A stretch of 64,000 nucleotides of DNA from Candidatus Moraniibacteriota bacterium (GCA_041583775.1 JBFHFF010000007.1:3382-67381); one strand, 5' to 3'; positions 1 through 10,558 are shown, numbered from the stretch's first letter. Notes: generated by a model from the sequence alone, not told the origin. Translations and numbers: made by a program.

Positions 1-520
1 TGTAACTCTTTTGGAAGTTCCAAAGAATGTTGTTACTCTGATAAGAACAGAAGAGAAGGACGGATATAGTTCTGTGCAGGTTGGTTTGTTCGATCAAAAG
101 AAAACTGACAAATTGAAGAAAGATATATATACAACAAAGAGAGAATTCAGATTAAGTTCAGCAGCTGAATATCAATTAGCACAAGAACTTGGAATTGATC
201 AATTTGAAGTTGGGCAAGAAGTTGAGATTACAGGCGTTTCAAAAGGTAAAGGGCAGGAAGGTGTTGTGAAGAAATGGAACTTTGCTGGTTCACCAGCATC
301 TCATGGACACAGACACGACGAAAGATCTCCTGGATCAATCGGTAGTGCTTTTCCTGAGAGAGTTTTTAAGGGAAAGAAAATGGCAGGCCGTTCAGGTTCT
401 GAAAATGTTACAGTTAAAGGAATGAAAATTTCATTAATTGATCCAGAGAAAAATATTATCGCTATTAAGGGTTCTATTCCTGGGAATAACGGAGGTATCG
501 TTGAGGTAGTAATTAAGTAA
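1..520 (+). CDS. rplC: 50S ribosomal protein L3 (5'-truncated by window)
   Basis: SKGKGQEGVVKKWNF, SHGH..R.PGSIG, KGKKMAG motifs; frame open from base 2. Confidence 0.97.
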   Translation, partial: VTLLEVPKNVVTLIRTEEKDGYSSVQVGLFDQKKTDKLKKDIYTTKREFRLSSAAEYQLAQELGIDQFEVGQEVEITGVSKGKGQEGVVKKWNFAGSPASHGHRHDERSPGSIGSAFPERVFKGKKMAGRSGSENVTVKGMKISLIDPEKNIIAIKGSIPGNNGGIVEVVIK

Positions 521-539
521 ATTAAGATTTTTTTCTAAG

Positions 540-1229
540 ATGAAAGTAGAGGTAAAAAATTTACAAGGTGAGAAAGTTGGAGATATCACATTGAATCAAG
601 ATGTTTTTGGTGTTGTGATAAACGAAGAACTTCTTCATGGTGTATATATTGCGCAAAACGCAAACAAGAGACAGTCAACAGCACATACTAAAACAATTTC
701 TGATAGAGCTGGTTCAACAAAGAAACCTTGGAAACAAAAAGGAACTGGACGAGCGAGAACTGGGTCTGTTCGAAATTCAATTTGGAGAAAAGGTGGAGTT
801 GTATTCGGTCCATCAAATGAAAAGAATTACAAGCAAAAAATAAACAAGAAAGTTGCTAAAAAAGCTTTTTGTATGGCACTCTCTGGAAAACTTGCAGATG
901 GAGAAATCATCATTGTTGATGAACTGAAAATGAAAGACAATAAAACAAAGTCATTTGCAGAGGTGATGAAGGCGCTCGGAATTAATAAGAAAGCAGTAAT
1001 GGCTTTCGTTGATGAAGAAAAGCAAACAGTTCTTGCAAGCAGGAATTTGGAGCAAATCACAAACACTCTAGTTTCAAACTTAAATGTTGTGAATATTCTA
1101 AACAATAAATTCCTACTCGTTAGTAAAAAAGGAATTGAAGTTTTAGAATCAAGATGTTTAGGGGCAATTGAAGAGGAGAAAGCTCCAGTGGAAGCTAAAG
1201 TAGAAAAGAGTAAATTAGAGAAAAAATAA
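540..1229 (+). CDS. rplD: 50S ribosomal protein L4
   Basis: KPWKQKGTGRARTGS motif, S10 operon position. Confidence 0.98.
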   Translation: MKVEVKNLQGEKVGDITLNQDVFGVVINEELLHGVYIAQNANKRQSTAHTKTISDRAGSTKKPWKQKGTGRARTGSVRNSIWRKGGVVFGPSNEKNYKQKINKKVAKKAFCMALSGKLADGEIIIVDELKMKDNKTKSFAEVMKALGINKKAVMAFVDEEKQTVLASRNLEQITNTLVSNLNVVNILNNKFLLVSKKGIEVLESRCLGAIEEEKAPVEAKVEKSKLEKK

Positions 1230-1266
1230 GTTTATATAGATTATTTAATCAAGAAAGGTAACAATT

Positions 1267-1701
1267 ATGTCAGCATTTTGGAATAAAAAGGAAGAAGAGC
1301 AAAAAGCAGCAAATCAAAGAGCAGCTGCCAAAAAAACTCTAGTTAAAGCCGAAAAGACTGAGAAGAAGGACAAGAAGTCAAAGCCTCAGAGAAAACTTAC
1401 AGCTGTTCAAGCAGAATTGGTAAACAGAGTTATGAAAAGACCAAGAATTTCTGAGGATACAATGAATAAGCAGGCTGAAGGGAAATATGTTTTTGAAGTA
1501 AGTTTGAGTGCTAATAAGAGTGAAGTTTCAAAAGCAATTACAGCGCTATATGGAACAGATGTCATCGCTGTTAACATTATTAATTACAAGAAGCAAAATA
1601 AGAAATTTAGAGGACACTCTGGGCAAACAAAAGCTTTTAAAAAAGCGATTGTAACAATAAAGAAAGGTCAGAGCATTGAATTGTTTAAAGAAGCTAAATA
1701 G
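1267..1701 (+). CDS. rplW: 50S ribosomal protein L23 with Lys-rich N-terminal extension
   Basis: KYVFEV..ANKSEV, KKAIVT motifs; between rplD and rplB. Confidence 0.96.
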   Translation: MSAFWNKKEEEQKAANQRAAAKKTLVKAEKTEKKDKKSKPQRKLTAVQAELVNRVMKRPRISEDTMNKQAEGKYVFEVSLSANKSEVSKAITALYGTDVIAVNIINYKKQNKKFRGHSGQTKAFKKAIVTIKKGQSIELFKEAK

Positions 1702-1737
1702 GTTTATCAATAATTTGGATTGAATTAAAATAGGATT

Positions 1738-2565
1738 ATGGCAGTTAAAGTTTACAAAAGAAATACAGCCGGTCGACGAAATATGTCAGTATTAAAACCT
1801 GATAATTTGACCGACAAGAAACCAGAAAAGGCTCTAACAAAGTCAATTAAAAAACATTCTGGAAGATCACATGGAAAAATATCTGTTAGAAACAGAGGAG
1901 GTGGTGCAAGAAGAATCTATCGAGAGATTGATTTCAAAGTAACAAAAGCAGGAATTCCTGGAAAGATTACAGCAATTGAAAAAGATCCAAATCGAACAGC
2001 AGGGATTGCACTTATCTGTTATGCTGATGGTGAAAAAAGATATATCATCGCAACTCAGAATATGAAAGCTGGAGATGAGATACTTATGGATGCAAATGCT
2101 CCAATCAGAGAAGGAAACAGAGTTATGTTGAAAAACATTCCAACTGGAACAGGCGTTTGTAATGTAGAAATGGTGCCAGGAAAAGGAGCTCAAATGGCTA
2201 GAAGCGCTGGAGCTCAAGTAATTTTGCAAGCTATCGATGCAGGAATGGCAACATTAAAACTCCCATCAGGTGAAATCAGAATGGTGAGAGAAGATTGTTA
2301 TGCAACACTCGGAAGAATTAGTAATTTTGAACACGCAAGTGTGAAGATTGGAAAAGCTGGAAAATCTCGACATATTGGAAAGAGACCAAAGGTTCGAGGT
2401 TCTGCAATGAATCCAGTTGATCATCCACATGGAGGAGGAGAAGGAAGACAAGGTGTGGGTATGAAATATCCTAAGACTCCATGGGGAAGACACGCACTAG
2501 GAAAGAAAACAAGAAGAAAGAATATTGCTTCTGACAAATATATTGTCAAGAGAAGAAAGAAATAA
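1738..2565 (+). CDS. rplB: 50S ribosomal protein L2
   Basis: RGSAMNPVDHPHGGGEG motif. Confidence 0.99.
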   Translation: MAVKVYKRNTAGRRNMSVLKPDNLTDKKPEKALTKSIKKHSGRSHGKISVRNRGGGARRIYREIDFKVTKAGIPGKITAIEKDPNRTAGIALICYADGEKRYIIATQNMKAGDEILMDANAPIREGNRVMLKNIPTGTGVCNVEMVPGKGAQMARSAGAQVILQAIDAGMATLKLPSGEIRMVREDCYATLGRISNFEHASVKIGKAGKSRHIGKRPKVRGSAMNPVDHPHGGGEGRQGVGMKYPKTPWGRHALGKKTRRKNIASDKYIVKRRKK

Positions 2566-2595
2566 GCACGATTTAAGAATTAGTTACAATAAATT

Positions 2596-2922
2596 ATGGC
2601 TCGCTCACTGAAAAAAGGACCATTTGTGGATGAAAAATTGCTAAGTAAAATCAAGGACTTGAAACCAGGAGGAAAAGAAGTTATTAAGACCTGGTCACGC
2701 AGTGCAACTATCGTCCCTGAGATGGTGGGATATACATTCGGAATTCACAACGGAAGAATGCACACCGCGGTTAGAATTGTAGAAGATATGGTTGGGCACA
2801 AACTTGGGGAATTTTCTCCAACAAGAACATTCAGCCGTCATGGTGGAAAGATTCAGAAAGATCTTGACCAAGCTAGAAAAATGAAAGAAATCGATGCTGC
2901 AAAAGCGGCAAAAGCTAAGTAA
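2596..2922 (+). CDS. rpsS: 30S ribosomal protein S19
   Basis: [23 protein letters not shown]. Confidence 0.99.
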   Translation: MARSLKKGPFVDEKLLSKIKDLKPGGKEVIKTWSRSATIVPEMVGYTFGIHNGRMHTAVRIVEDMVGHKLGEFSPTRTFSRHGGKIQKDLDQARKMKEIDAAKAAKAK

Positions 2923-2941
2923 TACGATTAATTTAATATAA

Positions 2942-3427
2942 GTGATGAAAGTTCAGGCACGACTCAACAGATATAGACGATCAGCTCAAAAAGTACGGGA
3001 AATTTTTCCTGTTATCAAGGGGCTGGACGCCACAGAGGCGCTTTTGCAATTAGAATACTCAAAGAGAGGTGATGCATTGGATATCAAGAAACTTCTTGCG
3101 AGCGCTATTGCAAATGCTACAAATAATTTCAAATTGAATAAAGCTGATTTGTTTGTAGAAAACATTCTTGCCGAAGAAGGGAAGACAATGAAGCGTTGGA
3201 GACCAAGAGCATATGGACGAGCAGCAAAAATTCTAAAGCGAACATGTGATATCATTATTACATTAGAGGAAAAAGCAAAAGAAGAAAAAACTGTTGCAAA
3301 GAAAGTAGCTAAAAAGGTCGTTGACAAAAGTGAGGTAACGGAGGGGAAAAAAGTTGAAAAGAAAGAATCGCTTAAAGTAGAGGCGAAATCAAAAAAGGCC
3401 GAAGTAAGCGAGAAGACAGATAAATAA
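2942..3427 (+). CDS. rplV: 50S ribosomal protein L22 with Lys/Glu-rich C-terminal tail
   Basis: SAIANA..N, KRWRPRAYGRA..ILKRT. Confidence 0.97.
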   Translation: MMKVQARLNRYRRSAQKVREIFPVIKGLDATEALLQLEYSKRGDALDIKKLLASAIANATNNFKLNKADLFVENILAEEGKTMKRWRPRAYGRAAKILKRTCDIIITLEEKAKEEKTVAKKVAKKVVDKSEVTEGKKVEKKESLKVEAKSKKAEVSEKTDK

Positions 3428-3458
3428 GATAAATTGTAATTTCTAATTTTTTTCAAAT

Positions 3459-4151
3459 ATGGGACAGAAAGTAGATCCACGAGGATTCCGAATCGGAATA
3501 AATAAAACTTGGAGCTCTCGTTGGTACAGCAACAAAGGTTATGGGGCGAATCTTGAGAAAGATACGCTTATTAGAGAATATGTTTTGACAAACTTCAAGC
3601 ACGCGGCAATTTCTAGCGTTGACATCGAAAGAAGTGTTGCAAAACTCAGAATGATTATCAGAACAAATCGACCAGGTGTTATTATTGGACGAGGAGGAAA
3701 GGGACTTGAAGAATTGCGACAACAACTTGAGAGAAAATTTCTTTTCAAGGAAAAATTGCAAGTCCAAATTGATATTATTGAGGTTAGATCAATTGAGGAA
3801 GATGCTCAACTATTAGCAAATGACGCAGCATTTCAAATTGAAAAACGAGTAGCATTCAGAAGAGTGATGAAGATGATGCTTGATAAGGTGATGCAAAACA
3901 GAAATGTTTTTGGAATTAAAATCCAACTTTCTGGAAGATTGGGCGGAGCTGAAATGTCAAGAGTAGAGTGGTTATCAAAAGGAAATATCCCACTTCACAC
4001 ATTGAGAGCAAATATTGACTATGCACCAGCAACTGCAAGAACTACATATGGAGCAATTGGTGTTAAGGTTTGGCTAAATAAGAAAGAACAGCTTGAGCAA
4101 GAACAAGGAAAAAGACGGGAAAGACAAGAGCGAAAGCCAAGCCATAGATAA
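3459..4151 (+). CDS. rpsC: 30S ribosomal protein S3
   Basis: MGQKV.P.GFRIG, GRLGGAEMSR, PLHTLRANIDY. Confidence 0.99.
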   Translation: MGQKVDPRGFRIGINKTWSSRWYSNKGYGANLEKDTLIREYVLTNFKHAAISSVDIERSVAKLRMIIRTNRPGVIIGRGGKGLEELRQQLERKFLFKEKLQVQIDIIEVRSIEEDAQLLANDAAFQIEKRVAFRRVMKMMLDKVMQNRNVFGIKIQLSGRLGGAEMSRVEWLSKGNIPLHTLRANIDYAPATARTTYGAIGVKVWLNKKEQLEQEQGKRRERQERKPSHR

Positions 4152-4200
4152 TTAGAACAGGTTTAGTTAGAATAATTTATAATGATTTCACAACGGACAT

Positions 4201-4611
4201 ATGTTAATGCCTAAGAAAGTAAAACATAGAAAGGTTCACAGAGGTGGAAAACTCAAAGGAGATGCCAAAAAAGGAGCAGAGGTTTCATTTGGAAAATATG
4301 GAATCCAGTCACTTGACTATGGAGCAATTAACTCACGAGAGATTGAAGCTGCACGACGAGCTATTACAAGATATGTACAAAGAGGGGGTAAGATTTGGAT
4401 TAGAATTTTCCCAGATCACTCAATGACAAAAAAAGGAGCTGAAGTTCCTATGGGTAAAGGTAAGGGTTCCCCAGATCATTTTGTAGCCAAGATAAAGCCA
4501 GGAAGAGTTTTGTTTGAGATGGATGGAGTTGATGAAGCAATCGCAAGAAGAGCTTTGAGATTGGGTTCAGATAAATTGAGTGTGAAAACTAAATTTATCA
4601 CAAGTAAATAG
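4201..4611 (+). CDS. rplP: 50S ribosomal protein L16
   Basis: [25 protein letters not shown]. Confidence 0.99.
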   Translation: MLMPKKVKHRKVHRGGKLKGDAKKGAEVSFGKYGIQSLDYGAINSREIEAARRAITRYVQRGGKIWIRIFPDHSMTKKGAEVPMGKGKGSPDHFVAKIKPGRVLFEMDGVDEAIARRALRLGSDKLSVKTKFITSK

Positions 4612-4637
4612 ATAATTGATAACTTTTCCATAATAAT

Positions 4638-4820
4638 ATGAAAGCAAAGGAAATCAGGGAGAAAAACAAAGAAGAACTTGAGACAGAATTGAAAGATTCT
4701 CGAGCAAAGCTTATGCAAGCTCGTTTCGATTTGAATTCAAGACAACTTCGAGATTCTAGCGGAATCAAAAAATTAACAAAGGATATCGCAAGAATTATGA
4801 CAATTCTTCATAATAAATAG
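4638..4820 (+). CDS. rpmC: 50S ribosomal protein L29
   Basis: 60 aa, KDIARIMTIL, operon position. Confidence 0.95.
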   Translation: MKAKEIREKNKEELETELKDSRAKLMQARFDLNSRQLRDSSGIKKLTKDIARIMTILHNK

Positions 4821-4839
4821 TTTAGACCCAAGAAATTTT

Positions 4840-5106
4840 ATGAATAAGGATAATAAAGAGAAAGAGACAATCAAGAAGCAAAAAGGGACTGTCGTTAGCA
4901 TTGCTGGTGACAAGACCATTGTGGTAGAGGTTGTTACTCTGAAGACTCACAAGAAATATGTGAAGAAATATAAGTCTTCAAGTAAATTTAGTATTCATGA
5001 TGAAAAAAATGAATATAAAATTGGGGATGTTGTTTATTTTAAAGAATGTCATCCAATTAGCAAGAATAAGAAGTGGACAGTTATTGGGAAAGTGGAGAAC
5101 AAATAA
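4840..5106 (+). CDS. rpsQ: 30S ribosomal protein S17
   Basis: G.VVS..DKTIVV, HDE, P.SK.K.W. Confidence 0.97.
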   Translation: MNKDNKEKETIKKQKGTVVSIAGDKTIVVEVVTLKTHKKYVKKYKSSSKFSIHDEKNEYKIGDVVYFKECHPISKNKKWTVIGKVENK

Positions 5107-5150
5107 GCTTTTCTCAAACTTTAGAGTTTAATTAAGTTATTATATAGACA

Positions 5151-5516
5151 ATGATACAAGCAGAGTCAAAATTGAAAGTTGCAGATAATTCAGGAGCAAA
5201 AGTGATTGAATGTTTCAAGGTTCTTGGTGGATCTAAGAGACGGTATGCTTATGTTGGAGATATTATCGTAGCTTCTGTAAAGGAATCAGAGCCTCGTGGA
5301 TCAGTGAAGAAAAAAGAGGTTGTAAAGGCTGTTATCGTTAGACAAAAGAAAGCGATTCAGAGAAAAGATGGGTCGACTATTAAATTTGACGAAAATGCAG
5401 CGGTTATACTAGATGGAACAGAACCTAAGGGGACACGCGTTTTTGGACCAATTGCAAGAGAGGTTCGAGACCGAGGATTTATGAAGATTGTTTCTTTGGC
5501 AGAAGAAGTTTACTAA
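5151..5516 (+). CDS. rplN: 50S ribosomal protein L14
   Basis: [19 protein letters not shown]. Confidence 0.99.
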   Translation: MIQAESKLKVADNSGAKVIECFKVLGGSKRRYAYVGDIIVASVKESEPRGSVKKKEVVKAVIVRQKKAIQRKDGSTIKFDENAAVILDGTEPKGTRVFGPIAREVRDRGFMKIVSLAEEVY

Positions 5517-5543
5517 TTAAAAGTAAAAAATAGTTTTAAAGCA

Positions 5544-5846
5544 ATGAATATTAGAAAAGGTGATAAGATTAAAGTTTTGAGCGGTAAAGATCGCGGAAAA
5601 ACTGGAAAAGTTACAAAAGCGCTTCCTGCCGAAGGAAAAGTTGTTGTTGAAAAGATTAATGTTGTTAAAAAACACAACAAAGCAAAAGGAGCAACACCAG
5701 GCGAGAGAATTGCTGTTGAATTGCCAATTGGCATCTCAAATGTGCAATTAGTTTGTTCTAAATGTGGAAAACCGACAAGGGTAGGAAAGAAAAAAGTCGG
5801 CGACAAGATGGTTAGAATTTGTAAAAAATGTGAAGCTGAAATTTAG
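5544..5846 (+). CDS. rplX: 50S ribosomal protein L24
   Basis: KOW motif KGDKIKVLSGKDRGKTG; two CxxC motifs. Confidence 0.97.
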   Translation: MNIRKGDKIKVLSGKDRGKTGKVTKALPAEGKVVVEKINVVKKHNKAKGATPGERIAVELPIGISNVQLVCSKCGKPTRVGKKKVGDKMVRICKKCEAEI

Positions 5847-5889
5847 TAAGAAATTTAAATATACTTAACCCATCAGTTTTTGAAGATAT

Positions 5890-6438
5890 ATGAAAAAGAA
5901 TGTATTAGAAGAAAAATATATAAAAGAGGTTGCACCAAAGCTTATGGAAAAGTTTGGTTATGACAATGTAATGGCAATTCCCAAGATTACCAAAGTTTCA
6001 ATAAATGTTGGATTGTCAAAAGCGGCTAATAATCAAAATTTCAAAGAAGATGTAATTCGTGATTTGAGATTGATTACAGGTCAAAAGCCAATGTTAACAA
6101 AAGCTAGAAAGGCTATCGCTGGTTTTAAAATCAGAGAAAACCAAGAAGTTGGAGTTAATGTTACCTTGAGAGGAAAGAGAATGTGGGATTTTGTTAATAA
6201 GCTTATTAATGCTACAATTCCAAGAATGAAGGACTTTCAGGGGATAAAGAGAGAGAATTTTGATAATCAAGGAAATTTCAATTATGGAATTAAAGAACAA
6301 TTGATTTTTCCAGAGATTTCAACTGACGATATAACTACAACCTTTGGATTGCAAGTTAATATCACTTCTTCAACAAGTGGTCGAGATGAAGGAATTGAAT
6401 TGTTTAAATTACTAGGTTTTCCAATTCAGGAAAAATAG
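5890..6438 (+). CDS. rplE: 50S ribosomal protein L5
   Basis: ITGQKP..TKARKAIAGFKIRE, QLIFPEI. Confidence 0.98.
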   Translation: MKKNVLEEKYIKEVAPKLMEKFGYDNVMAIPKITKVSINVGLSKAANNQNFKEDVIRDLRLITGQKPMLTKARKAIAGFKIRENQEVGVNVTLRGKRMWDFVNKLINATIPRMKDFQGIKRENFDNQGNFNYGIKEQLIFPEISTDDITTTFGLQVNITSSTSGRDEGIELFKLLGFPIQEK

Positions 6439-6471
6439 AGTAGATAAGATAAATATTAGTAAATATATCAT

Positions 6472-6864
6472 ATGAGTTTTGATCAAGTTTCAGATATGCT
6501 CACTAGAATCAGGAATGCACAAATGGCTGGAAATGCTGATGTGTCAATGCCCTGTTCAAAGTTTAAGCTTGCATTAGCAAGGGCATTATATAGCAATGAA
6601 TATATTGAAGAAGTTTCAATTTTTTCTGAAGGAAATAAAAAATATCTTCGATTAAAATTGAAATATTTCGGATTAGTACCTGCTATTAAAGGAATTAGTC
6701 GAGTTAGTAAACAAGGACAGAGAATCTATATTGGAAGCAAAGATCTTCCAAGAGTTAAGAATAATTTTGGTGTTGCATTTATTTCTACATCAAAAGGGAT
6801 TATGACAGATAAGAGTGCAAGAAAGGAGAATTTGGGAGGAGAATTTATCTGTAAGGTTTGGTAA
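6472..6864 (+). CDS. rpsH: 30S ribosomal protein S8
   Basis: DMLTRIRNA, STSKGIMTD, GGEFICKVW. Confidence 0.98.
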   Translation: MSFDQVSDMLTRIRNAQMAGNADVSMPCSKFKLALARALYSNEYIEEVSIFSEGNKKYLRLKLKYFGLVPAIKGISRVSKQGQRIYIGSKDLPRVKNNFGVAFISTSKGIMTDKSARKENLGGEFICKVW

Positions 6865-6899
6865 TTTTTATAAATTGGTAGAATAAATATAACGAAAAT

Positions 6900-7085
6900 A
6901 TGGCAAAAAAATCAGTTATAGCAAGAGCGCAAAAAAAGCCAAAGTTTTCCAGCCGTATTGTAAATAGATGTTGGAAATGTGGACGAAAGCATGGATATAT
7001 GAGACAATTTGGTCTTTGTAGAATTTGTTTTCGAGAGCTCGCTGTTAAGGGATGTGTTCCTGGCGTTAGACGCTCAAGTTGGTAG
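6900..7085 (+). CDS. rpsN: 30S ribosomal protein S14, zinc-binding type Z
   Basis: 61 aa, RCWKCGR...[20 protein letters not shown]. Confidence 0.98.
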   Translation: MAKKSVIARAQKKPKFSSRIVNRCWKCGRKHGYMRQFGLCRICFRELAVKGCVPGVRRSSW

Positions 7086-7118
7086 AATTTTGTATAAAAT
7101 GTTAAATAGTTAAAGAGG

Positions 7119-7661
7119 ATGTCAAGAATTGGAAAAAAACCTATTTCTATACCTAGTGGCGTAACAGTAACTCTTGAGGACAAAACCGTAAAGGTTAAAG
7201 GTCCAAAAGGGGAGTTGTCTTTTGAGACAAGCTATGAAGTCGAGGTTGGAGTAAAGGACAATGAAATCGCTGTTACAAAAATTGGAAGAACTAAAGCTGC
7301 CCCTGCACTTTGGGGAACAACTAGGTCAAGAATTCAAAATCTGGTACTAGGTGTTTCGGAAGGATTTAAAAAAGGATTAGAACTTCATGGAGTTGGTTAT
7401 AAAATGACTCTACAAGGGAAAAAATTGGTTTTAAACCTTGGGTTCTCTCATCCTATTGAACTTCAAATTCCAGAAGGTTTAACAGTTACGATTGAAAAAA
7501 ATATAATGACTGTTGAAGGAATTGACAAACAAGTTGTTGGACAATTTACAGCAGAAGTTAGATCTCTTAAAAAAGTCGAACCTTACAAAGGTAAAGGATT
7601 TAGGTATATTGGCGAGACTTTTGTTAAAAAAGAAGGAAAGCGTGCTACTGCTAGTAGCTAG
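7119..7661 (+). CDS. rplF: 50S ribosomal protein L6
   Basis: MSRIGKKPI, EPYKGKG. Confidence 0.99.
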   Translation: MSRIGKKPISIPSGVTVTLEDKTVKVKGPKGELSFETSYEVEVGVKDNEIAVTKIGRTKAAPALWGTTRSRIQNLVLGVSEGFKKGLELHGVGYKMTLQGKKLVLNLGFSHPIELQIPEGLTVTIEKNIMTVEGIDKQVVGQFTAEVRSLKKVEPYKGKGFRYIGETFVKKEGKRATASS

Positions 7662-7688
7662 TAAATAGAGGTATAATCTAAATATTTT

Positions 7689-8036
7689 ATGAAAAAAAGT
7701 AAGAATCAGATACGCGTTCACAGGAAGCGAAGAATTCGTTCTAAGATTTCTGGAACAGCAAGTATGCCAAGATTAAGTGTTTTTAGGAGTCTTACAATGT
7801 TAAGTGCTCAAATTATTGATGATGTTGAGGGAAAGACATTGGCGGCTGCAGACACAAGAGAATTGAAGAAAAAAGAATTTAGCGTTAAGGTTGCTACTGA
7901 GCTTGGAAAATTGGTTGCAACTAAGGCAAAAAAGGCAAAAATCGAATCAGTCGTTTTCGATAGAAGCGGATACCTATATCACGGGAAAATTAAGGCTTTT
8001 GCCGAAGGAGCTCGTGAAGGAGGATTGAAATTTTAA
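7689..8036 (+). CDS. rplR: 50S ribosomal protein L18
   Basis: PRLSVFRS, VFDRSGYLYHGKI, AREGGLKF. Confidence 0.98.
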   Translation: MKKSKNQIRVHRKRRIRSKISGTASMPRLSVFRSLTMLSAQIIDDVEGKTLAAADTRELKKKEFSVKVATELGKLVATKAKKAKIESVVFDRSGYLYHGKIKAFAEGAREGGLKF

Positions 8037-8065
8037 GTTATTAATTGTTATTGATTTTTTGTGAT

Positions 8066-8761
8066 ATGGCAACAACACAACAAGATAAAGGAAATAAGAA
8101 GTTTTCTCGAGGTAGAAAGAAGAAATTCCAAAAACGAGAGAAACCTGAATTCGAACAAAAACTACTCGACCTTGCTCGTGTAACTCGTGTAGTTAAAGGT
8201 GGACGAAGATTTTCGTTCAGAGCCTCTGTTGTTATCGGAGACAGAAAGGGGAAAGTTGGTTTTGGAGTAGCTAAAGGATCTGATGTTTCAGTTGCAATTG
8301 GGAAAGCATTTGCAGCTGCAAAGAAAAATATGATTTTAGTGAAAAGAGCCAATTCAACCATTGCTTTCGATATCAAAAAGAAATTTGGTGCAGCAAAAAT
8401 TATTATGCGTCCAGCTAAAAAAGGAAGAGGAATCGTTGCCGGAGGAGCAATGAGATCAGTCTTTGAACTTGCTGGAGTAAAAGATATTGTTGCAAAGTCA
8501 TTAGGTTCTTCAAATAAAATCAATGTTGCTCGGGCAACAATGGCTGCTCTTGAAGAATTGGGAATGCAAATGATAGGAAAGGGGATGGTGAAGAAATCTA
8601 TTGCTAAAAAGGTTGTTAATAAAGTTGAGAGCAAAGTGAATTCTGCTAAAACTGAGACCGAAAAGGCTGTTAAAGAAAGTGTTAAAGTTGAAAAGGATAC
8701 TAAAAAGAAAGCTGCAAAAACTGTAAAAAAAACAGTTGTGAAAAAAGCAGAAGTTAAGTAA
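8066..8761 (+). CDS. rpsE: 30S ribosomal protein S5 with Lys-rich tail
   Basis: RVTRVVKGGRRFSF; ATG at 8066 preferred over TTG at 8045. Confidence 0.97.
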   Translation: MATTQQDKGNKKFSRGRKKKFQKREKPEFEQKLLDLARVTRVVKGGRRFSFRASVVIGDRKGKVGFGVAKGSDVSVAIGKAFAAAKKNMILVKRANSTIAFDIKKKFGAAKIIMRPAKKGRGIVAGGAMRSVFELAGVKDIVAKSLGSSNKINVARATMAALEELGMQMIGKGMVKKSIAKKVVNKVESKVNSAKTETEKAVKESVKVEKDTKKKAAKTVKKTVVKKAEVK

Positions 8762-8779
8762 GGTTAAATCTATTTTGAT

Positions 8780-9202
8780 ATGCAAATTAATGATCTAAAA
8801 GCTGCGGAAAGAAGTTCTAAAAAAAGAACACGCGGTGGAAAAAAGGGAACATATTGTGGTGCTGGAATGAAGGGGCAAAAATCCAGAAGTGGACATTCTC
8901 AAGCCGCAACATTTTCTGGAGGAAGCTCTTCAATTGTTAGACAAACAAAAAAACTTAAAGGATTTAAATCCTTAAAACCAGAAATGCAAATAGTTAATTT
9001 AAAAGAAATTGACAGAGATTTTGATAATGGTGCAGAAATAACTCCTGAATCTTTAAAAGAAAAAGGATTGATAAGTAAATTATCACTTCCTGTGAAAATT
9101 CTTTCAGTGGGTGAAATTTCCAAAAAAGTGTCTTTGAAAGATGTCGCTTTTTCAGCTACAGTGAAAGAAAAAATTGAAAAAGCTGGTGGAAGTGTAGCGT
9201 AA
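8780..9202 (+). CDS. rplO: 50S ribosomal protein L15
   Basis: GMKGQKSRSG, KIEKAGG. Confidence 0.95.
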   Translation: MQINDLKAAERSSKKRTRGGKKGTYCGAGMKGQKSRSGHSQAATFSGGSSSIVRQTKKLKGFKSLKPEMQIVNLKEIDRDFDNGAEITPESLKEKGLISKLSLPVKILSVGEISKKVSLKDVAFSATVKEKIEKAGGSVA

Positions 9203-9262
9203 TATTTAGTTTTTTGATATACACAATCACTAAATATTTTATATAACACTAGAAAAAAACAA

Positions 9263-10534
9263 ATGTTGGAAAAAGTTAAGCAAATATTTAAAATAAAAGA
9301 GCTACGAAATAAAATATTTTTTATTTTAGCAATTCTTATTGTTTATAGACTTGCAGCTAATGTGCCTATTCCTGGTGTTGATACTAGTCAGCTGAAGGCC
9401 TTTTTTGAAGGCAATCAGCTTTTTGGTATGCTCGATATGTTTTCGGGAGGTGGTCTGAAAAATATTTCCATTGTGATGCTTGGAGTTGGTCCTTATATTA
9501 CAGCATCAATTGTGATGCAGGTAATGACGATGATTTTCCCTAAATTAGAGCAATTACAGAAAGAAGAGGGTGAGGCTGGAAGACAGAAATATAATTCTTG
9601 GACAAGATATTTAACAGTCCCTTTTGCTATTTTGCAGGTGTTTGCGATGATATCCCTTTTCCGTTCGCAAGGAATTATTGGAAATTTAACACCAATGAAT
9701 TATGTTACGATTATTATGACAGCAACTGCTGGAACAGTTTTCTTGATGTGGTTAGGAGAATTGATAACAGAAAAAGGGCTCGGTAATGGTGTCTCATTGT
9801 TGATTTTTGCGGGAATCGTCTCTGCGCTTCCAAGTTCTATTCAACAGTTAATTGCAACTTGGGATCCTTCTCTTATTTTAACTTATTTCTCATTTCTTGT
9901 GATTTCAATTGCGACCGTTGTGGGAATTGTTATTGTTAATGAGGGTCAAAGGGATATCCCGGTTTCTTTTGCAAGAAGAACTAGAGCAGGAACTGCAAGT
10001 GGTTCATCGAAGAGCAGTTTGCCTTTGAGAGTTAATCAGGCTGGCGTAATCCCAATTATCTTTGCAATGTCGATTATGATATTCCCAGGGATGATTGCTA
10101 ATTTGCTTTTGCAGATTAACAATGAAGCAGTTAAAAGTGTTGCTAGTTGGATAGCTGATTTATTTGCTAATCAAACTTTTTATGGAGTTGCATATTTCTT
10201 TTTGGTCGTAGCGTTTACTTTCTTTTACACATCTGTAACATTTGATCCAAAAAATATTTCTGAAAATCTTCAAAGACAAGGAGGTTTCGTACCAGGAATT
10301 CGACCAGGTGTTCCAACGATGGAGTACTTGAATTATATTGTGAATAGAGTTACAACATCGGGAGCAATTTTTCTTGGTTTGGTAGCAGTTCTTCCTTTTA
10401 TTGTTCAAGGAGCAACAGGGATGAAAACGCTAACAGTAGGAGGTACAGGAATATTGATCGTTGTCTCTGTGGTAATTGAAACAATCAAACAAATTGAAGC
10501 ACAGTTGGTGATGAGGGATTATGAAGGATTCTAG
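9263..10534 (+). CDS. secY: Preprotein translocase subunit SecY
   Basis: LGVGPYITASI, GLGNGVSLLIF, AGVIPIIFA, FVPGIRPG; multiple TM segments. Confidence 0.99.
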   Translation: MLEKVKQIFKIKELRNKIFFILAILIVYRLAANVPIPGVDTSQLKAFFEGNQLFGMLDMFSGGGLKNISIVMLGVGPYITASIVMQVMTMIFPKLEQLQKEEGEAGRQKYNSWTRYLTVPFAILQVFAMISLFRSQGIIGNLTPMNYVTIIMTATAGTVFLMWLGELITEKGLGNGVSLLIFAGIVSALPSSIQQLIATWDPSLILTYFSFLVISIATVVGIVIVNEGQRDIPVSFARRTRAGTASGSSKSSLPLRVNQAGVIPIIFAMSIMIFPGMIANLLLQINNEAVKSVASWIADLFANQTFYGVAYFFLVVAFTFFYTSVTFDPKNISENLQRQGGFVPGIRPGVPTMEYLNYIVNRVTTSGAIFLGLVAVLPFIVQGATGMKTLTVGGTGILIVVSVVIETIKQIEAQLVMRDYEGF

Positions 10535-10558
10535 AAGTAATAAATATTCTACTTCAGA

